This document shows, piece by piece, positions 16,129 through 21,206 of a DNA stretch of 21,206 nt. The stretch lies in the NCBI GenBank assembly GCA_021534775.1, contig GCA_021534775.1_4809.2; one strand, written 5' to 3'. Source of the DNA: a phage. The position numbers and the translations under genes are program-made. The notes below the pieces were generated by a model. It saw nothing but the letters and a program-made list of their open reading frames with translations. It had not been told where the DNA came from and ran no database searches. Position 1 is the stretch's first letter. Each line of letters starts with the position of its first letter.

Positions 16129-18309
16129 TCACCACTTCAAAGGTGTAGCAGTAAGGTTGTTTATGTCGTTGATATCATCTTGTTCAAGCACTCGTTTCGT
16201 TTCGAATGCCGTGCTGCGTGGGTCTTGAGCGCCGTTGACGTTGATGACAACGTTTTTCTGACCCATAGTAATATCACGCCCACCAGGTCGACTATTCGCG
16301 GAAAGGTCGCCGCCGTATTTCTGGAATGCTTCAAGTTGGAATGCAGCAAGACGAGCGTTTTTCATAGCTTCGGCTTGAATGTTCGGTCTTACACCTGGAG
16401 TTGAAGCCAGTTGCATGTTTTTAATATAATCCCTTTGCGTGCCAAGCTTAAGGTAAGTTTGAGCAAAGTCAATATCACCTTTGTTGACTTGTCCCTGCAT
16501 CAACTGCTCAACTGGTACGTTCAGGTATCCTGCAATGGCTTCTTGCAATTGCCTGTATTGCACCGTTTGGCGCGATTGACCTTGTACTGGTGCATAACGG
16601 CCCTTTGGCGCTTCCGCTCCGCTACCGCTAAGTACTGGAGTAACTGGTGCACCTTGCGGCGCTGCCGTGGCATACTCGCCATTGGATTGTCGGTCGAGAG
16701 CGGCCATCACCTTTCCAGGATACGCGCGTGTGTTCTTGCCCCAGCCGCTTCGGTCGTAGCCGCCGTGATACATCGTCAGCGCAAGATTCCAATCGCCGTT
16801 GGCGGCGTTAAGATACTCTTTCAAAAGTTGAGCGCCGCCCATAATGTTTTGTCGAGGATCATTACCATCTGTGATTCCAAGACCCTTGAAGTTAGAAGGC
16901 ATGATTTGCATCAAACCAGTCGCGCCTGCTCCGCTCACAGCATTTGGATTGAATCCAGATTCGACTTCAGTTACAGCCTTCATCATTGCTACAGGTATGC
17001 CATAGCGTTTTGAAGCTTCCTCATATATTGAGTCATATGCTGTCGGATTCCCTGACCCAAGATTATTCCCTACGGTCGCGCCAGTATTCAATGCTGGTGT
17101 TCCAGGCATCGCGGATTGCCCTGCGCTGCGCCCGATTTCACCTGCCCATGCCGCCCAAGCTTGACGCTCATCAATCACGCCAGCAAAGGTTGACACAGCA
17201 CTTGAAAAAAGATTTATATCACGAGTAAAAAGAGCCTGTGCAGAACGTTGTTCAGCGGCGTTCTGTTCTTGATTCCTTTGGCGTTTAACATCGCCATCAG
17301 CCATTTGGGTGATCCATCGGTCAACCGCTCTTTCGTGACGTTCGTTGACAGCGGCCTGCTTGTCGAACGGATGTTTCAAGTCAGCGATGAAGTTGTCGAC
17401 AAATTCGCTCCATCCGTCAGACATTCTCTGAAACATCATCTGGAATCCTTCGACTGTATCAGCAGTTTTGCTGACAAGAGTCGAGAATGCAGGCATGACA
17501 TTTTCACCAATTACCAACTCAATACGTCGCCAATCTTCTTGAATTTGCCCCATACTATTTCGTATAGTCTCAAGAGCAGCTTGCTGTCTTTGCAGCTTCG
17601 CGGTTTCTTCGTCGCTTATGCGCGTGCTTTCTTTCACAGACTGGTTGCGCTCACGAAGGGCGCGGACTTCATCGGCGGTAAAACCTGCCAGAGCACCAAT
17701 AGCACGAGCGGTTTGCTCATTCACACTTCTCAGCTTTGTTCCAATTTCATCAAGCAGCTGATTCGTGTCTTTGATGCCGCCGTTACTGTTGAAAGGACTT
17801 GTCCCCATCTTGTTCAACAACAAGTTGTCCTTGTTCATCACATCGGGGTTGGTGTATGCATTGAATGCCAGATTAGAAGCTTTGCTGATTAAGTCTCGCG
17901 ACCCCTGTGCGCCAAGGATGCCACCTGAACTTTCATTCAACTGTCGTTGTAGTTGTTCGACACCCATTGGAGAGAGTCCGGCTTCAAAACCAAGCTTTCT
18001 TTGCGCTTCGTATTCTTTTCGAACATCAACGATGGATTTGACGACGACAGCCAATCCTGCTACCACAGGAACAAGCGCGGCAAAACGATATGTCAGCCGC
18101 GCAAGTATTCCGTCAATTGACCCTAGCTCACCAGTAAGCGGCTTTAGCTCGCCAAAAACGTCTTTGAATGCTCCAGAGAAATCTTTTCCAGCGGATTTCG
18201 CCTTTTTGTTTGTCTGATCAACTTTATCTTGCAATTGCTCAAGACGATTGATGGACTCTTTCAAGTCCACCGTATATTGAAGCACAAATTTTTCTAATGA
18301 GTCAGACAC
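16129..18309 (-). CDS. tape-measure-like or internal virion protein with lytic transglycosylase (SLT) domain
   Basis: The translation contains YGIPVAMMKAVTEVESGFNPNAVSGAGATGLMQIMP...YHGGY (catalytic E-S and GLMQ motifs of soluble lytic transglycosylases), preceded by a long coiled-coil-like N-terminal region. Apparent GTG start with a GGGG ribosome-binding site. Confidence 0.75.
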   Translation of the reverse strand: MSDSLEKFVLQYTVDLKESINRLEQLQDKVDQTNKKAKSAGKDFSGAFKDVFGELKPLTGELGSIDGILARLTYRFAALVPVVAGLAVVVKSIVDVRKEYEAQRKLGFEAGLSPMGVEQLQRQLNESSGGILGAQGSRDLISKASNLAFNAYTNPDVMNKDNLLLNKMGTSPFNSNGGIKDTNQLLDEIGTKLRSVNEQTARAIGALAGFTADEVRALRERNQSVKESTRISDEETAKLQRQQAALETIRNSMGQIQEDWRRIELVIGENVMPAFSTLVSKTADTVEGFQMMFQRMSDGWSEFVDNFIADLKHPFDKQAAVNERHERAVDRWITQMADGDVKRQRNQEQNAAEQRSAQALFTRDINLFSSAVSTFAGVIDERQAWAAWAGEIGRSAGQSAMPGTPALNTGATVGNNLGSGNPTAYDSIYEEASKRYGIPVAMMKAVTEVESGFNPNAVSGAGATGLMQIMPSNFKGLGITDGNDPRQNIMGGAQLLKEYLNAANGDWNLALTMYHGGYDRSGWGKNTRAYPGKVMAALDRQSNGEYATAAPQGAPVTPVLSGSGAEAPKGRYAPVQGQSRQTVQYRQLQEAIAGYLNVPVEQLMQGQVNKGDIDFAQTYLKLGTQRDYIKNMQLASTPGVRPNIQAEAMKNARLAAFQLEAFQKYGGDLSANSRPGGRDITMGQKNVVINVNGAQDPRSTAFETKRVLEQDDINDINNLTATPLKW

Positions 18310-18312
18310 AGT

Positions 18313-18729
18313 TTACCCCTTGTTTGGAGTCTCGCCGCTGAGGAATGGCGCGATTAATCGCATCGATTCGCCGATGAATGCTGCAGCCATTTCGCCGCCA
18401 GCTTGTTCCCAGTAGCCTTCACGCTCGGCGTGAGTATCTGGGTTTATACCGTTCTCCATGAGGACTGCTTCGAAGACTTCTTTAAGGTTTTCCCAGTCAC
18501 CAAGATGGTTGTCAATTAGTGCACCAGTGCTTAATGGGATTTCTTGGCCCACATCAAGCTCGACTTTTGCGAAGCTCAACACTTCCATCGTATACTCTGA
18601 ACGAAACGCAGGGTCTTTCGACATTGCAAATTCGACAAAGCGACGCTGAATATTCCAGCCTTCCATCGCAGTCATTTTGCTGATTTTAATTTCTACTGTA
18701 CGACCAGTTTGTTTGTTGGTGATCTTCAT
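18313..18729 (-). CDS. hypothetical protein (138 aa), possibly a tail assembly chaperone by position
   Basis: ORF immediately upstream of the tape-measure-like gene, with an AGGA ribosome-binding site. The role is inferred from position only. Confidence 0.45.
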   Translation of the reverse strand: MKITNKQTGRTVEIKISKMTAMEGWNIQRRFVEFAMSKDPAFRSEYTMEVLSFAKVELDVGQEIPLSTGALIDNHLGDWENLKEVFEAVLMENGINPDTHAEREGYWEQAGGEMAAAFIGESMRLIAPFLSGETPNKG

Positions 18730-18730
18730 T

Positions 18731-19291
18731 TTATATTCCTACTGTTGATTTTATTTTATTATATAACGAACTCACAGTTGTAGTCAAACTGACTGGTTCT
18801 TTAATAGCAACACCATTTGATGATTCGTCTGCAGATTGTTTAGGGTCGAAGCTTCCTTGGATGCTAAATGACGTTTGCTCGAAAGTTATTACTATTGAGA
18901 CTCCATTCAAGTTTTCTTCTGACTGGGTTATTTCAACGTCGGACATCGACATTTTACTGGCAATGATGCTTCGAGAAGTTATTGAAAATGTGACTTCGTC
19001 ATCATCAAATGAATTTATGATATTTTCAATTGTAGACTGGTCATTGCAAATTACGTTTAACGCCATATGGGCTGGCATTACAACCTTTGCCGCCTGTAAA
19101 TTGCTTACTGATGACGTGCTTGATACTTCGATAACCTGCATGGCTGTACCAGCAAGAGGGAATTGAGTTGTTTCTGCTGGGGATGTTATTTCTGCAGAAA
19201 CAGGTGAAAGCCTTGTCCAGACAGGAAGACCTGTTGACTCATTCGTTATGGTCAAAGATTGACCAGAAAGCAGAATCGAAACGAAGTCCAT
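18731..19291 (-). CDS. hypothetical virion protein (186 aa), candidate tail tube or major tail protein
   Basis: Ser/Thr-rich ORF whose start overlaps the upstream stop by 1 nt. The role is inferred from size and position. Confidence 0.45.
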   Translation of the reverse strand: MDFVSILLSGQSLTITNESTGLPVWTRLSPVSAEITSPAETTQFPLAGTAMQVIEVSSTSSVSNLQAAKVVMPAHMALNVICNDQSTIENIINSFDDDEVTFSITSRSIIASKMSMSDVEITQSEENLNGVSIVITFEQTSFSIQGSFDPKQSADESSNGVAIKEPVSLTTTVSSLYNKIKSTVGI

Positions 19292-19824
19292 CAGAACATC
19301 CCCTTGATACCATTCATCACCTTTGTAGCGACGCCAGTGACGCTGGCAGAAGTTTCTTTTATGTATGCAATGCCGCGCTCTATTACTGTTGAGTCGCCTG
19401 CCTGCGCTGTTTGAATAGACACATCCTGCTGTGTTAATATCTCATGGAAGACCAATTGTATGGGCTGAGACGTTATATTGTCAGCGTCCTGGCTGAAGTT
19501 GTTATTTTGCAGCACCATACGTTCGAATATTAGACCACGGGAATTAATTGTGTATATAGTCGACCTGTTTTGCAACATCTTAGCTATTGCATCTGATGCG
19601 CTTTTCGTCTGAGCTATCACGGTGACAGTGAGTATTCGCGGCATCTTTACTCTTCCATCGACAATATAGCTGCCGTCTTCCCTTTGGTTTTTGAATATCT
19701 TCGCTTGGAGTCTTATTTTGACGTTGACTATGGCCCATCCAAGCGTGGATACTTCTCCAAGGTTGAAGCTCTTTATCGTGAAGCTTCTGTTTGATAGACT
19801 ATATGACAGTAAATCGATAGCCAT
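19291..19824 (-). CDS. hypothetical virion protein (177 aa)
   Basis: Tightly coupled ORF in the structural operon. No motif recognised. Confidence 0.45.
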   Translation of the reverse strand: MAIDLLSYSLSNRSFTIKSFNLGEVSTLGWAIVNVKIRLQAKIFKNQREDGSYIVDGRVKMPRILTVTVIAQTKSASDAIAKMLQNRSTIYTINSRGLIFERMVLQNNNFSQDADNITSQPIQLVFHEILTQQDVSIQTAQAGDSTVIERGIAYIKETSASVTGVATKVMNGIKGMF

Positions 19825-20321
19825 TAAATGGACCCCAATATGCTCTGCACCACGCCCTTGGCAATTTGAGACGTGCTCTGTGCGCCACCGTAGCTGGCAA
19901 ACACAAATGTGTATCGGTTTGTCTTGCGACGGCCTGATTGCTCTATGGAGTCACCAAGCGGACCGCTGATTATCGTTCCGTTAGAGAATGCCACCCTTCC
20001 ACCGTCAGGATATGTAATGAGCATCGATGTCACATCCTGAATTGGCAACCACTTGAATCCACCTTTACGGGCAGATAATAAAAGCTTAAGATTTATGTCG
20101 TCTTCAGTGTTTGGAATGACCGCAATGGATACGCGAACGACGGCGGCTTTGTCGTATATGCAAATGCCGCCGTCGTAAGTAAGTTGATAACCTACTGATT
20201 CAACTTCCTCAATAATTAGCGAATCCTGGTCATCAGACAAAGAACTGATATTCAGCCCAACAGGAAAAGATTGAAGAGCGACAATTCTAATGCTTGTGCC
20301 AAATCCACTAATATTGACCAT
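19824..20321 (-). CDS. hypothetical virion protein (165 aa)
   Basis: ATG start with GGAG 5 nt upstream. No motif recognised. Confidence 0.45.
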   Translation of the reverse strand: MVNISGFGTSIRIVALQSFPVGLNISSLSDDQDSLIIEEVESVGYQLTYDGGICIYDKAAVVRVSIAVIPNTEDDINLKLLLSARKGGFKWLPIQDVTSMLITYPDGGRVAFSNGTIISGPLGDSIEQSGRRKTNRYTFVFASYGGAQSTSQIAKGVVQSILGSI

Positions 20322-20323
20322 GT

Positions 20324-20590
20324 TTACTCCGCAGATGCAGATTTAACTGCAGCAAGAATTTCATCCTTATAAGAAATACCCTTGATGTCGATGCCATTTT
20401 CTTTGGCATAAGACTTCAATTCTGAAACGCTCATGGAATCAAAATCGAGTTTTTGTTCAACGGACTTTTCTTCGACCTGCTCTTTGATTTCTGTAACAGG
20501 CTCAACCTTCTTATTAAACAGCTCTGATGCGTCTTCAAATTTTTCGCCAAATTTCATGACGCCATTTGCAAAATGAATTACTTGTGCCAT
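20324..20590 (-). CDS. small acidic protein with C-terminal HeH / Rho-N-like helix-hairpin motif
   Basis: The C-terminus MSVSELKSYAKENGIDIKGISYKDEILAAVK matches the L-x-x-LK-x-x-AK-x-x-GI-x-x-G-x-x-K-x-E-L pattern of HeH / Rho N-terminal-like domains. Confidence 0.45.
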   Translation of the reverse strand: MAQVIHFANGVMKFGEKFEDASELFNKKVEPVTEIKEQVEEKSVEQKLDFDSMSVSELKSYAKENGIDIKGISYKDEILAAVKSASAE

Positions 20591-20946
20591 TATTGATTAC
20601 TCACCTTTATACGTTCGCCATAAATAGTCACCACTTCTGCAGTGAATCCAAGGATACCGTTTTGGATGGTGACAGTCAATGAGTCGATTCCGGCAACGTC
20701 TGCTTTCTTCAGAATAGCATCTGCAATCGACTTTCGCGCACCGTCTTCGTCAACGGGCGACTTGAAAACGGTCCCCAAATAATCGACCCCGTTTTCTATA
20801 TCGTACAAGTCTTCACCAAGTCGCATCTGATGCGCGGCCTTGATTACTTGCACCATCGCTTTTTCTCCTGAAAGAATATTTAAGTTTCTTCCATCAGGTA
20901 GAAAAAGGTCATTATTTTCGTTCACTTCAATGGTTAGAGTTGTCAA
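20590..20946 (-). CDS. hypothetical protein (118 aa), apparent TTG start
   Basis: The TTG start overlaps the upstream stop (TTGA) and has GGAG 8 nt upstream. The first in-frame ATG is at codon 31. Confidence 0.4.
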   Translation of the reverse strand: MTTLTIEVNENNDLFLPDGRNLNILSGEKAMVQVIKAAHQMRLGEDLYDIENGVDYLGTVFKSPVDEDGARKSIADAILKKADVAGIDSLTVTIQNGILGFTAEVVTIYGERIKVSNQ

Positions 20947-21206
20947 ATTGCAAACTCCGCTTCAGCAGTGGCCTGGAATTCAGCCAACTCAGATTCTGAC
21001 ATGTAATATAGATTACAGCCGCCAGAGTTAAAACTTTCATAATCAGGTACGCTGTCGAAAATGAAATTACCGTACCCAATCATGAGATACTTATAAGGCA
21101 CCATTGGGATACCACCAAAACAGCGCACCCCTTGAATCAAAAGTTCACCATTGCGATATACGTCGGCACACATATGCTCGATAGCGGCAAAAATGTGCAA
21201 CTGCCA
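20943..21206 (-). CDS. hypothetical protein, 5'-partial (gene continues beyond the window end)
   Basis: The reading frame is open to the last base of the window; the track shows only the 85 C-terminal codons. Confidence 0.4.
   Translation of the reverse strand, partial: WQLHIFAAIEHMCADVYRNGELLIQGVRCFGGIPMVPYKYLMIGYGNFIFDSVPDYESFNSGGCNLYYMSESELAEFQATAEAEFAI

Noticed and set aside
16411-17892. Plus-strand ORFs of 200 and 214 aa (16411-17013 and 17248-17892) inside the tape-measure-like gene
   Set aside because: The - strand frame encodes a clear lytic transglycosylase domain. The + strand translations are Leu/Ser/Arg-rich shadow ORFs.
18313-18729. G/GT-type -1 programmed frameshift in a tail assembly chaperone
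   Set aside because: No overlapping - strand ORF extends the 138-aa gene in another frame; the tape-measure-like gene begins 4 nt after its stop. No slippery heptamer was identified by eye.
1-21206. CRISPR arrays, tRNA or rRNA genes, integrase or transposase
   Set aside because: No regularly spaced direct repeats, no cloverleaf-like sequence in the few intergenic gaps, and no ORF with recombinase or transposase motifs. The coding density leaves little room for them.

Overview
The window reads as a segment of a tailed-phage (Caudoviricetes) genome or prophage from a Gram-negative host, with no sign of a cellular locus. It has two convergent, densely packed transcription blocks. The + strand (about 1-7452) carries early and DNA-metabolism genes: a partial unknown ORF, a VRR-NUC-like nuclease, an SNF2-family helicase, a promoter-to-terminator unit of three unknown proteins (one with an acidic Phe-terminal tail), an embedded Rz/Rz1 spanin pair, a MazG-like pyrophosphohydrolase, an ATP-dependent DNA ligase, and a terminator-flanked cassette encoding a signal-peptide protein plus a small membrane protein. 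The - strand (7478-21206) carries a virion tail module ending in a GH19-type endolysin: small unknown virion ORFs, a tape-measure-like protein with a lytic transglycosylase domain, a gpV-like spike, large baseplate or fibre proteins and an HxH-repeat tail fibre. The two blocks meet at a symmetric hairpin terminator at about 7455-7474. All calls rest on reading the supplied translations and the raw sequence by eye; no database search was run, and coordinates of small sites carry an uncertainty of about 2 nt. The items most worth follow-up are the terminator-flanked secreted-protein cassette (6578-7477), a perfect 14-bp inverted repeat bracketing a TATAAT hexamer and the ribosome-binding site of the spike gene (14667-14723), and the three-gene unit of unknown function (2568-4412). 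No tRNA, rRNA, CRISPR array, integrase or transposase was seen.
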